Of a DNA stretch of 64,000 bases, positions 12,069 through 23,712 are shown one piece after another. A program made the position numbers and the translations under genes. The stretch is taken from assembly GCA_001244265.2 (NCBI GenBank), contig CDLV01000012.1, positions 1,240,001-1,304,000 of the forward strand, given 5' to 3'. The notes beneath the pieces are model-generated. The model was not told the origin of the DNA. It did no database searches and saw only the letters and a list, made by a program, of their open reading frames with translations. Positions within the stretch are counted from its first letter, which is position 1, and each line of letters begins with the position of its first letter. The DNA is from Microbotryum violaceum (lineage: Eukaryota).

Positions 12069-12328
12069 GCGTGTGGGGTGGGCTGTTTGGTTCTGAGAGG
12101 CAACGCGATCGCAAGGATCGGAGGCGAAAGCGATCGGACGGAGAGGTGGAGCTCCGGGTGCGCAGCCTAAATGGGTCATTAGCCGCGATTAGCCCATTAG
12201 TTAGTTGGTCGATTTCGTCGAGCTCGGCTCATGCGCTCACGCTCCGCTGCCCACTCTCTTCCCCCACAAACACTCGACTCCCAAGTCTCAGCAAGCAAGC
12301 TCATCATCACCGCTGTCTCCTCGTCGTC

Positions 12329-13432
12329 ATGGGTAAACGCAGCAGTGCTAAAAAGCCTCAAACCCGAGTCAAGTTGACCCTAGGTCAGTCTCGCTACTAC
12401 CAGCCCTGACTCCTCGACGGTCTGCTCGTGCCGTTGGTCCAAGGTAACGCATGCGCTGACACTTCTCGTCTCCCACATTATTGTCCCCCTCTGCACGACC
12501 ACCGTTCCCCCCGGCGCCTGCCCCGACACATTCTCATCGGACATGATGATCCTGCTCCTCAGACAAGACCTTCAAATGCATGTTCTGCCAACACAATGGC
12601 ACCATCACATGTAAAATGTACGCTTTCAAGCGAACTGGGAACTGCAGTGCCGGGGAACCTCGACTCGAAGCCTGACTCGAGGAGATCTTGTCCCCCCCCC
12701 CCTGTGATTTCATAGTGATAACAAGACCAAAGTCGGCAGGTTGGATTGTAAAGATTGTGCGCAACACTTTGAGGTGCGTTCCCTCAGCTTCACAACACGA
12801 CGAAGGATGATCACTCTTTCGAACGGCGGTCTTGGCGGAGAACTAAACTGATCTCCTTCTCCTACCTCGTCGAATAGACCGATATCAATCGTACGTGACT
12901 CCTCAGAGACACGCTATCAAATGCATCCTGACTAAGCCTCCATCTCAACCCACCTCTTTCAACGACAGACTTGACCGAACCGATCGACATTTACGCCGAA
13001 TGGATCGACGCCTGCCGCGCCGTCAACCCCGAAGGTACACGACTTCAACACCGTGGACAAGCTCCCGCCGTGGTACGATCTAACCCTACTAGTACTCAAG
13101 GGACGAATGCTGCGGGGGGGAAGAAGCGACGGGGTTCACATGATGATGATCAAGAGGAGGAGGATGAAGATGAAGACGATTTACCGAATCCTGTTGGACA
13201 GAGGAAGAAGAGACGCGCTTTGGATGAGGATGAAAATGAGGATGAAGAGGAAGATGAGCAGGAGGAGGATCGGGATTTACCGGAACCGGTCGGGAAGAAC
13301 AGAGTGGGGGTACCGCAGCAAGTGGAGGAAGAGGATGGGGATGACGACGACGATTTACCTGAACCGCAGGGAAGGAAAAATCGGCCGGGAGTCGTAGTTG
13401 ATGATGAGGAAGATGAGCGAACAAATACGTAG
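12329..13432 (+). CDS. ELF1: Transcription elongation factor Elf1/ELOF1 with acidic C-terminal tail
   Basis: MGKRSSAKKP..L|DKTFKCMFCQH..CKI|DNKTKVGRLDCKDCAQHFE|TDINH|LTEPIDIYAEWIDAC. Exons 12329-12383, 12563-12617, 12716-12773, 12878-12890 (13 nt) and 12969-13432. Confidence 0.93.
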
Positions 13433-13988
13433 GATGGATAAGTGTGAAACGACATATCTCAGCTTTAGTTGCGTACGGGAAGCAACATTAGCTCAGTCGA
13501 TAAATACTTTCGGCCCGGAGCTTCAAACAGATACTTCCTGGTCAACGAAGCAAAGAGCCTGCATCTACCTCCGTATCTTTCACTTAAAAAGAGTCCATTT
13601 CAGACGGGGGCCATGAAGAGCCGTTCATCAACGTGGTGCTACGAGAGCTGACCGGATAAGACCAAGCTTCCCGTCGCTACCATGTTCGTCAAATGAAGAA
13701 ACGCCGTCCTCTTCCCAAGAGTTCGCTCACTCCGAGACATGCGGTGTATCCCCCGACAACATTCGACCCAACATTGATGAAGTGGCGACTTCTGTGAGAT
13801 TGACAACCTCCTGTGTTTCCTTCTCGCATCATGTCTCCTTTTCTCGGTCTCGTTTTACCTCCTTTGGTCTGCCTTTCACACCTTAGCTCTCTTCCTTTCT
13901 GGGCTGGGTCCGTGCGCCTGACCCAGGCGGCTGGCCCAGCTGCGCGCTCACCCGAGCCAACTGGCTCCGCGCTTCTCTTTCTCCTGCT

Positions 13989-14205
13989 CAAGCAACTTCT
14001 TGGTCTGGTCTCCTTGGTCCGTCGATCAGAGCCTTGCCACCACTTGAGCAGGTGAGCACTACACTTCCTTCTTCCTTTACTTTTACTAGCTATTATAACT
14101 CACTGTAGTACTTGAGCAGGTGTGTAATTGAAGCAACTTCTTGGTCTGGTCTCCTTGGTCCGTCGATCAGAGCCTTACCACCGCTTGAGCAGGTGTGTAA
14201 TTGAA
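13989..14205 (+). repeat. ~65-bp direct repeat upstream of the copia fragment
   Basis: AAGCAACTTCTTGGTCTGGTCTCCTTGGTCCGTCGATCAGAGCCTT.CCACC.CTTGAGCAGGTG at ~13990 and ~14130. CTTGAGCAGGTGTGTAATTGAA also occurs twice. Confidence 0.9.
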
Positions 14206-14686
14206 AGTTGCCGGCTCCCTTCCGTCCACCGGTTGTGGCTCTGTGCGCCTATCGACTCCAGCTGGCCCTGTCGTGGCGACCGATGTCCTCTTGGTGCCCT
14301 CCCTACCGTGCAACCTGCTCTCCGTTCGGCGCTTGGATCGTCTTGGGTTCAGCATCTCCTTTGGCTCCGGCTGCGCTAAGATCAGCAACTCCTCTGGCAC
14401 CGTCGTTGCCACTGCTCAAGCCGTTGTGAATGACCTGTACGCGTTGGACGTCGCACCCTCACCCTGTATGCCCAATGCCCTCCTTGCCACCCCTCACAGA
14501 GTTCCCTTGCTGACTCTGCACCGTCGCTTCGCGCATTTACCCATTGCGCAACTCAAGAACGTCGTGCAGAACGGCTTGGTCACTGGGGTGGATTGGGTAT
14601 ATTCAGAGGAAGAGGTCCGGTCTTTCAATTGCAATGCTTGTCTCGCTTCCAAAGTGCATGCTCTTCCCTTTGCTCGGGGCAGGGCG
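14201..14686 (+). mobile_element. Ty1/copia retrotransposon pol fragment (protease end and GAG-pre-integrase zinc-binding region)
   Basis: GCGSVRL..DVLLVPSLPCNLLSVRRL..GFSISF..DLYAL..LHRRFAHL..CNACLASK..LPF (H-x4-H ... C-x2-C). It breaks off at the palindromic repeat. Confidence 0.85.
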
Positions 14687-15800
14687 GCATGGGCGGAGGC
14701 TGCACGAGTGTAGTAGGCAGGACAAGGCGACCCAGGAAGGAGTTGGTTTGGGACGGGCTCAATGGGCTTGAATGCAAGATCAATGAAGATGACGACACCT
14801 GGTCCTATCGGTAGACCGGTCTCAGCGCGCGTCGAGTCGCCGCCCATCAACCATGGCACCTCAATGCAGTGCTTGTTCGATATGCTCGCTATGGTGCTGA
14901 ACTGCCAACTTGAAGTCAAGGCTCCAACCTAGGAGAGGGGGCGTTGTAGGACTTGAGCCTGTCGATGTGGGGATACTGGAGGTATTTATCCGGCGGGGTT
15001 TCCGAATCTGCCGACGACAGATAACCGGAAGGTTCGTCAGAGGTGCGCGGAGTAGGTAGGGCTTGTGATGTGGCATGCCTGGTGTTCGTTGAGGGGCCAC
15101 GAGGCGCACTGGTCTTACGAGATATCCCTCGAGACGTCGAGTGGAGCTGGCTGCAGACTCCGCCCATGCTGCCCTGTATTGGCCCTCGCTCTGGCTGAGG
15201 AACGACTCGCCCTAATAGGGGTGAGTCGGCCCGCTAGCCTAACTCGAAGTCTCGAGGGCGATCTCGTAAGACTTGTATGCCTCTTGGCCCCTCGACGCGA
15301 TTCTCGAGCGCCAGGTGCACCACGCCACAAGCCCGATCTACCCCGGCCCGCGAACCCCTGACGAACCCGCCAGTTATCTGTCGTCGGATCCGGAAACCCC
15401 GACGGAGAAATATCTCGACCGTATCTCCACATCGACAGGCTCAAGTCCTACAACGCCCTGTCCTAGTCTGGAGCCTTGACTTCAAGTCGGCAGTTCAAGA
15501 CTACAAGCGAGCATGTCGAATAAGCATTGAGGTGCCATGGTTGATGGGCGCCAAGACGCGTGCTGAGACCGGTCTACCAGTAAGATCACTTGCCGTCATC
15601 TTCATTTCCCTCTCTTTCGATCCGACCGATCCCGTTCCCAAACTGCCTACACTCGTGCAGCCTCCGTCCATGCCGCCCTGCCCTCGCTCTGGCTGAGGAA
15701 CGAATCACCCTAACAGGCGGGTGAGTCAGCCCGCCAGCCCAACTCGATGTTTTGAGCGCGATCTGGTAAGACTAGTACGCCTCGTGACCGCTCGAACGGT
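14687..15800. repeat. ~505-bp gypsy-integrase-derived repeat unit: inverted copy (14687-15150), full direct copy (~15152-15656) and partial tandem copy (~15656-15800)
   Basis: Shared strings such as CACATCGACAGGCTCAAGTCCTACAACGCC and GCATTGAGGTGCCATGGTTGATGGGCG occur on opposite strands. The head CCCTCGCTCTGGCTGAGGAACGA repeats at ~15183 and ~15681. Translations PIYPGP...HIDRLKSYN resemble the GPY/F region of Ty3/gypsy integrase. Confidence 0.85.
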
Positions 15801-15949
15801 ACACTCATTCGAAGCAGTGAGCGCAACAGTGGTTGGCGAGATTGAAGCCGAGGTCGAGGGCGACGGCGGAGAACGAGTTGTGTGAATTCGCCACTCCATC
15901 AATGTTGGGTCGAATAATGCTGGTGGATACACCGCATGTCACGGAGAAT

Positions 15950-16845
15950 ATGCTTCAGTGAGTTTTGAAGTGATCCGTAGGGCAGAGGCAGTCAAACAAG
16001 CAGGATGAAACATACCGAACATTCACACTTGAAAAAACGGAAGTGAGAGGAGCAAAAGGAGGCGGCAGTCGTACGTAGCACATTGGATGAGACGATGTTC
16101 ACGAACGATGTGCGGATACAGCTAGAACCGGAACCGCGATGTGGAGACAAAGTCTCGAGGTTCCGGACTAGGTACATCCTGATGCCTGTACTATTGCAGG
16201 TCGTGCGGAGAGGCCTCAACTGGCCGTTTCGGCGTCGTAATGGTCCAGCAGATGCTCCGTTGCGGATTTCAACAAGTTGTTGAAGAGCAGTATGAACGCA
16301 TCGCTAGCGTCGACTTCACTCGTACGACGCAGGTCTCGGAAAGTGGTGCTGGCGCCTGAGTCCAGGTCGGCCATCTTGGCGCGAAAGAGGTCCAAGAGGG
16401 AGTGGTGTCTCTCGAGCAAACGGTGGAAGGAGGCGACGGCCCGACTAGCCGGAGACGATTTATCACTCCATTCTAAACCCTCCAGCCATACACCACATCG
16501 GAGAGAGGTGGTGCCACGGCGGGACATTTGGCGTGGCGCGGTTGAATGACATGCGGGAGCGTCGAACCAATCGAACGGCGCACCCGAAGACAACAAGGCG
16601 TTGAATTGTGAGAGCGCATCGGTGTTGACCGTTGCTGAAGGAGACGACATGCAGCACAAAGCGTTCGAGATGAAGAAGGCCCCGAGCGAATGGCAGACGC
16701 CGTAGCGTGTCAAGGCAGAAAAGATTGCTGGAGCGCTGGGGCCCCCTGCCAGTGTGGGTTGCCAACGCACTTGCGATTGAAGCGCTCGCTCGCGCTCAGC
16801 CAGCAGGTATCGCAAGTAAAACAAAGTGAAATGCATACATTTCAT
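15950..16845 (-). pseudogene. Uncharacterised gene relic
   Basis: A 209-codon ORF with a helical, protein-like segment (AVASFHRLLERHHSLLDLFRAKMADL..AFILLFNNLLKSATEHLLDHY) followed by stops and frameshifts. No family recognised. Confidence 0.35.
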
Positions 16846-16941
16846 GAAGCAGCAAAAATTCAGAGGAGAGAGTGAAGCAACAAGCGCGCAGAGGAGAGAG
16901 GACTAGAAAAACGAGGGAAGAAAAGAAAGTTTCACTGGAGT

Positions 16942-18800
16942 TCAAACTCGAAGGTCCAGATAGGCTCGGCCCCAGTCGATGAGGCAGAAACCGCCGTCGT
17001 TGGGCCGGAGCAGCACGTTGCCGGCGCTGACGTCATTATGTATGACGCCAAGTTTGACAGGCTTCGCCTCAAACGCCCTGACCATGAACCCAAAACGGTG
17101 AACAAAGGTCGGGCGAGCGAACAAGCAAGTTCCAAGGGCGACCCCTTGAGCGATCACAAAGCATCTCAAGGCGGGGCCACTGCACCGTACCCCAGCCAGC
17201 CTTACCACCATTTGCCCAACGATTGCTAGAAATCGCGTTCATTCAGACGAGTCCCAACAGTGTCAAACACCAGCTCAAATCCGTTCCCGTGTCTTCCTCA
17301 ATACGTGCCGTGGTATCGAGGCAGGTAGGAGCGGAGATCGTGATTCGTCCTGGAGGTGGGCAAACGCCTTTTGCAGTGGTAGAAAAGCGTCTCGTGGATT
17401 ACAGACCCGACGAACTGGCAGGACAAGAGTTTAAGCAAAGAAGCTCGCGTTTGAGAAAGGACCGTCGACAACTGAAATTGTCTTGTCGGCCACGAGGGGA
17501 CGATTGATTCGATCCACCTTGGCGAGCCACCCGCCCGCAGTGCTTCCGGTTCCGACCAACTTTTCCAGACGATGATCCGCAGTCGACTCGGTTTGACCCA
17601 AAGCCCAAGAGGATCCGACCGTCTTCAAGCTGTTCTTTAGCATTCTCAGCCCGTCACTGCAGAGTCGGGTCGGACATACAAACCTACAATGAGCTTGTCT
17701 GGAAGGGAAGGAGTGCTCGGGGAACGGGAGATCAATGGGCTCGAGACCGATGAGACAATCTCAATATCAAGCTCGACCAGATCAACACAGCTCGTCCCGG
17801 TGTAAGACTGCACAAGGGAAGATATGATTCAGTGAAAAAGTCCCAAATGAGCAAGTCGACGGGGTTAGCAAACCATAGTCGACCAGTGCCTATTCGACAA
17901 TCTCGCCTTGACCTCCCAATGCCAGTCTTTGGTCACCGTGATCAATTCCGAGTGAAGTTGCGAGCTCCACAATAGGGACGCCGCTGATCCAATCCACTGG
18001 TATGGGACTGGGAGAGCGGCCGTCTCCAATCAAGTTGTAGTCGACTTGAATCTCTGGTGACTGTCCGTGGATCAGGCGCGAGGAATACTAGTAGTGGGCT
18101 GCGGTTTGATCGGGGGCCGTCTATTGCGCTTTTCGGGTCGGTCCCCGCCGTTACGAACACCCTCGTTCTTGGCGTTGTCGACGGGCCTCAATGCGTTATC
18201 TTAGAGGAGCAGTCTAATAATGAAATTATAAGGGGCAGACGTTTCGTGCACAGCTGCCGTCAGTATTATACGGTTGTACCGTCCTTCGCCTGATTATTGC
18301 TCCTAAGATGGTATTTGGGATTGAGCCCAACGTCGTGCTATTCGTTCCTCTGGTAACTCAATCTCCCTACTCTACTACTAGTTTAATTTATTAGGCGCTC
18401 TATGAGTCCCGCACTCTCTCCCCCTCCTCCCCCGACCCCTTTAATTGACCGAACGATGAAGTTTCACCAACCTCGCGCTCATCTTGTCGACATCGCTCAC
18501 GCTCTCGAACGCTTTGACCGTCGCGGGGTGATGACGCGAAGGTGATGATCAGGAAGGTGATGATCACGAGGTCGTCGACGCGAAACCCCGAGCCTCCTGA
18601 TGCTGAATCTCAAGCTTGCGGGCCACCAAACTAAACTCAGGGGTGTCAGCGCGGTCGGCCAGCGGGCCACAAAAGTCCGCGTTCGAGCTGAGACGAATGC
18701 TCTCTAGGTAGATTTGGCAACATTCCTCGATATCGTCTACAAATGAGACCAGACCGTTCGGTTCCATGAGAGGCGGATGTTTTCCACGTCAAACAGAAAG
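16942..18800 (-). pseudogene. Second decayed fungal protein-kinase-like gene
   Basis: KLGVIHNDVSAGNVLLRPNDGGFCLIDWGRAY (HxDxxxxN loop plus IDWG) at ~16960-17060. Upstream frames are broken and the 5' extent is uncertain. Confidence 0.6.
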
Positions 18801-19078
18801 ACGGGGCTCTTGGTCTGTCACGCGCTCCTTCCCCAGATCCCTATCGACACTGCGATTTCCATGCGCAAGCTGCAAGAGGGTTTTATACTGTCCGATCGCA
18901 ACGCCGAATGAAGCTCGTTCCATTCACGATGTTGAGGAGACGGTGGTGGCCGATCACGAGGGAACCCGTGGTTGAAAGGGTTGCGTAGACGGTGAGAGAA
19001 TGATTGCACACTGCTTGTCCGTGAGTGGAGAGGTCGAGCCCACGAACTAATTAAATGCTGGATTCGGCCAATGAAAGT

Positions 19079-19119
19079 ATGTGAGGCGAATGTGAGGCGA
19101 ATGTGAGGCGAATGTGAGG
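19079..19119 (+). repeat. 11-bp minisatellite (ATGTGAGGCGA)x3.7
   Basis: Read directly from the sequence. Confidence 0.95.
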
Positions 19120-19225
19120 GGGAAGGCGCGAAGGGGGACTTTGTAGAACTTTCAAGTTGCTGCGTTTAGTTGAAGGCGATTGTCGCTACTGGCTCTCAAG
19201 GCGGTGCTTGTCGGGCCAGTCGTGC

Positions 19226-19834
19226 TCACGTCGGCGGCACTTGTTGTAATGTACGGAAGCCCGAGCTCCAAGCGGCCAGCCACTTGAGTCCGACTTGCTT
19301 ATCGACGAACGTATCTAGACGTTCACAAATCAGAACGGCGAGAAGATGCTTGCACTGTAAGTTGTTGTCGAAAAGGTTGGGGATCAGGACTCGAAGGAAG
19401 ACACGCCGAGCAGAATGTGGGGGGCTTGACTTGCGAGAACGTTTTGCTGCGTTTTGAGGACCGAGTAAGCGAAAGCGGGACAAGGACAGAAGCCCAGTCG
19501 ACCGATCGAGGCTGCAGAAGGAGTGGTGTGAACAGTGTAGGCCTTGGTTGATCCCGAGACTTGGTACAGCGATTGCCTGTTGGGCAGATTGAGTCGAGCG
19601 ACTGGAAGGGTGGGAACAGGGCGTTAGCTTTTTAGTGCGGAAGCCGGGCCAAGTCAGAGGTTGAGCAGATGTACCGCCTTGGGTGTCGATGAGATGAAGC
19701 GCATCAACGATCAAGTTGGTGGACCCCACGAGATGGGCGAGGACGATCAGGTGGTCGTCGGTGAGGGTCGAGTCAATCGACGCGAGGTGGGAAGCGATCA
19801 AGGTTGAGAGCGCAACATTGGTGGGCGTCGTCAT
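19226..19834 (-). CDS. SWS1: SWIM zinc-finger Shu-complex protein (Sws1/ZSWIM7)
   Basis: LIVDALHLID..|..RQSLYQVSGSTKAYTV..GFCPCPAFAYSVL..|CKHLLAV (SWIM motif CxC-xn-CxH). Two introns. Confidence 0.85.
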   Translation of the reverse strand: MTTPTNVALSTLIASHLASIDSTLTDDHLIVLAHLVGSTNLIVDALHLIDTQGGTSAQPLTWPGFRTKKLTPCSHPSSRSTQSAQQAIAVPSLGINQGLHCSHHSFCSLDRSTGLLSLSRFRLLGPQNAAKRSRKSSPPHSARRVFLRVLIPNLFDNNLQCKHLLAVLICERLDTFVDKQVGLKWLAAWSSGFRTLQQVPPT

Positions 19835-20307
19835 GAGGGTGGTAGTCGCCGCGACAGAGCATCCGAAGCTATGGTTTGAGGTGAGAGAGCGAGCGCACTG
19901 CACCGAGTGATCGCGCGTGAAAGGACGGAAAGGAGCAAGGACGGAAAGGAGCGCAGCCGGTCCGAGCGGCAACGTCAGCGCAAGTGCAAATGGACCGGGA
20001 CTCACGCCGAGCAATCAGGTGGGTTTCCTGCCTCCTCCTTCCCACCTCTCTCTAAAACGCGAATCGCCAGCGGACGAGTGCAAGTGTACAGCAATTTTCA
20101 GGCGTTCCGCTTCAGTGTCCGGCCGTCATCTTCGGTTCCATCGTCAGCCGCGATCGACTGATCATCCACTTCCTCGACCGCTGCCTGCTCCTCTGAGCAC
20201 CCCTACACCACCCCACCGATAACCCATACCATTGTTACCGATCCAAGAATTGGAAGAATCCGTTCGATTCCCCGCCCAAGCATCCCTGCCCCTACCAAGA
20301 CGTCAAC

Positions 20308-21783
20308 ATGCCGTTAGACCTCGACGGCGCGATCGCGACCCTGTTGCGCAAGCGGTTGCTCGCCGAATCCTTGGTCAAGGAGATATGCGAAAAGACCAAA
20401 GAGCTTTTGATGAGGGAGTCCAACGTCGTGCATGTCCAAGCACCCGTCACCGTCGTCGGCGATATTCATGGGTCAGCACGGAAGCGCGGAGCTAGCTGGT
20501 CGAAGAGCGACTGAGCGGTCGTTGCTGACCCACTGCGCGCTTCTTGCTTGTGGTGCAACAGACAATTCTACGACCTAATCGAGATCTTCCGGATAGGTGG
20601 CTATTCACCGCATACCAACTACCTCTTTCTTGGCGACTACGTCGATCGGGGCCTCTTTTCGGTCGAGACCATCTCGTTGCTCACGTGCCTCAAGCTGCGG
20701 TACCCAAATCGAGTCCAACTCATTCGAGGGAATCACGAATCGAGGGCCGTCACACAGGTGAGAGAGAATTTTGGGTCGACTGCAGTGCAGCTGTTACAGG
20801 CGACGCGAATACTGAATTCCTCCGCCGACTTTGCGCACAGACGTACGGCTTCTATTCGGAATGCGTACGGAAATACGGCTCCCCGGCCGTATGGACCTAT
20901 TTCACCGACATGTTTGACTTTTTGACACTCTCCGTCGTCATCGATGATCGGATCTTTTGCGTTCATGGAGGTAAATTCCTGTGAGAATCTCTTTCGGCGA
21001 GATGAGAGGCAGGAAGCATGACTGACTCGTTTTGATCACACCAGGTCTCTCACCGTCTGTTCATACCCTGGACCAGATCAAGATTATCGATCGGTTCAGA
21101 GGTCAGTCCATCAACTTATAAGCTCATTATGCTCATTGGACTGACACTTCCAACTTGGCCCATTCCGCAGAAATCCCACACGAAGGGCCAATGGCAGATC
21201 TGGTATGGTCCGATCCAGATCCAGACAAGGAGGAATTCTCAATCTCACCAAGGTTCGTCACCCAACATACTGCACTCGCTTAAACTCAACCCCGTACTGA
21301 ACCCCAACCCTTTTCTAATTACTCGCTCCACAGAGGAGCAGGCTACACCTTTGGTTCGTCCGTCGTCAAATCGTTCCTGCACACCAACTCGATGAACCAC
21401 ATCCTCCGAGCGCACCAACTCTGCATGGAAGGTTTTTCAGTACTCTACGACGATCGTCTTTCAACCGTTTGGTCCGCGCCTAATTACTGTTATCGATGTG
21501 GGAATATGGCTTCGATTTTGGAGGTCGGTCCTGGGGGGGAGAAGCATTTCAACGTATTTGATGCGGCGCCGGAGAATGAGAGGGATGGGCCGGGGCAACA
21601 GCAGCAAGTGCAGCAGCAGCAACAGACGGGGATGGTTGGGGATGGGGTCATGGCTAGTATAGGGGGACCGAATGTGAGTCGTGCGGGTTATGCATCATCG
21701 AACGGGGCTGAGTGCGCGGACGCTGATCCGGTTTTCCTTCTTCTTCTTTGTGATTGCGACAGCAAATCGAGTACTTCCTTTAA
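20308..21783 (+). CDS. PPG1: PP2A-like Ser/Thr phosphatase catalytic subunit Ppg1
   Basis: GDIHG, GDYVDRG and RGNHE motifs, [31 protein letters not shown]-terminal IEYFL*. The [15 protein letters not shown] and [15 protein letters not shown] segments are typical of Ppg1. Confidence 0.92.
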
Positions 21784-22182
21784 TCAACGATCTTGGACTC
21801 TCTCTTATGTATAGATATCGCAATTCTTCGCCCCGTCCATCGCAATCATCCTTCAGTACCCACTTCTGCCCACCTACTCCGTAGCATTTCCAACGACATC
21901 GCCCCCTGGACGGATAACGATGATCTCTGCAGTTCCTACTCCTTTCAAAACATGTTGCAACAAGTTCTTTTGGTCTTGAACCAAACTGTTGTCGCGCCGC
22001 TTCCAACTTCGATTCTCTTTTGATACAGACCAAGAGGTTGGCATAACAAGCGGTCCCACGAGTTTTGAAACTTTCAAAAAAGAAAGAAAGATGATTTCGT
22101 TTACACACCTGCTGTCGAGTTAAGCAGCACGTGGCGCGAACGTTCATCTTTTTCGTCATAGCATTCGCTCTAAGATTCTCGT

Positions 22183-23148
22183 TCAGAGGTTCTTCGAGTC
22201 CATCTTCTTCTTCATATCGCTCCTCGAGTCTTTGCTCGAGCCTCCGACGCGGTTCACCCGACCTTCGTGAGCGAACAGGAGCTGGAATCGGTGAATCAAA
22301 GGATACATCAGCATTCATCCTTGGATTGAAGCGGATGAAACCCATAAAACTCACGGCCCATACACCCCACAAGCCCAAACCGGCACTCGGTCCAGCGACG
22401 AGGTACATTCCCAAACCGTAGTAAGTCTCGTACGCGATCGCGGAGAGGAAGAGTACGCCGACAAAGATGGTCGGAGAACGGAAGGGGGCGAGCGAGTTGG
22501 ATTCGATTATGCTCGCCGAGGCTGAGAGTGACGAGGTAAGTGGAAGCGCACCGGTCTGAGAACGGGCTTACTGGATTGTTCAGCGGGGATGTTCTCTTGA
22601 CTGGGGGCAGTGTAGAATCCGCTCACCTGGATGAGCAGCAAGCTAGCCAGAGCCAACAGGGTCATTCCCGCCAATCCGGCCATGGAACGTTCGAGCGGGT
22701 TGAGCTGACGGATCACCTCGGTCTCGACTTCATCGGTCACGGTGTTGGTCGTCAGCGCTTTGGCGAATACGATCGAGAGGATGCGAGGGAAGAAGATGAG
22801 AGGGATGCCGAGGATCGAAAGCCTGATGCGGCGGCAATTTTCCGTAGAGGGGACGAGGAGGAGCGGCCGAAAATCATGTGGGGGTCATCGGTTGGCAGGG
22901 AGCGACGACGATGGCGGGGTCACACAGCAGAGCGGCAAGATCATTAAGTCAGTTTGCACCAGATTACCGAAAAGGACAGATAATTCATCTTGGGGGTGTG
23001 TGGTGACTCACCAAGCCGCACTGGCCGCCGACCAACTGACATGCACCCCCGTTCGGATCGTCGCCTGTGCATCCTTCTCGACGAATGGTGAGATGAGCGA
23101 CGAAGGATCAGTGACGCTGCTGTCGGTGTGATCGGGTGCGATGGACAT
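22183..23148 (-). CDS. Conserved-looking multi-pass membrane protein of unknown function
   Basis: Spliced hydrophobic exons: LSILGIPLIFFPRILSIVF..LNPLERSMAGLAGMTLLALASLLLIQ|TGALPL..APFRSPTIFVGVLFL..AGLGLWGVWA|LLFAHEG..KKMDSKNL*. Confidence 0.7.
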
Positions 23149-23712
23149 GCTGCTCGCGGATGAATTTGGGGTAGTAGTGGGGGTGGATATGTTCAAGAGG
23201 TGAGCTCGTGGCGGAAAGTAGGGAGGACAATTGAAGTCTAGAGCTTTTTTCCTTCATCATCAAGGACGTGTCCACTTTCGCGCAGTGACGATTAACGACG
23301 ACTAATAGCTGGGCTAGCTGGGCTCCAACGCGATCGATCGGTCGTCATCGAGCTGCGGGGAGCTTCTGCGCGACGTCATCCCACCTGCAGTGCATGTGGG
23401 GGTTCGTCGGCCGCGGCGCCGATTCCCTCGGCTTCGTATTTCGAATGCGATTTTCTCTTCATGAAATGTGGTCTACTTCCCGGGCGCTCACCGTCTTATT
23501 TGTTCATTTGAAATTATGACAAGCCATGAGAATGACACGCCGTGACCAAATTCGAGCTCGTACCTCGGCCGGGGTTCCAATTCGGCCCGGCGGGTTGTCC
23601 GCGCTGAACTGCCGCACTACCACCGACAGTAACACAAGCTGCGCAACCAAGCATCGTTCATACCACCTCAACCCAATATTTCGAGCAAAACCCACCACCC
23701 CTCAACACAATC

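Noticed and set aside
12384-12562. Possible recursive splice site (AAG|GTAACG at 12443/12444) in ELF1 intron 1
   Set aside because: The second branch-like GCTGAC lies only ~11 nt after the putative internal donor, too close for a second lariat, and the donor is weak.
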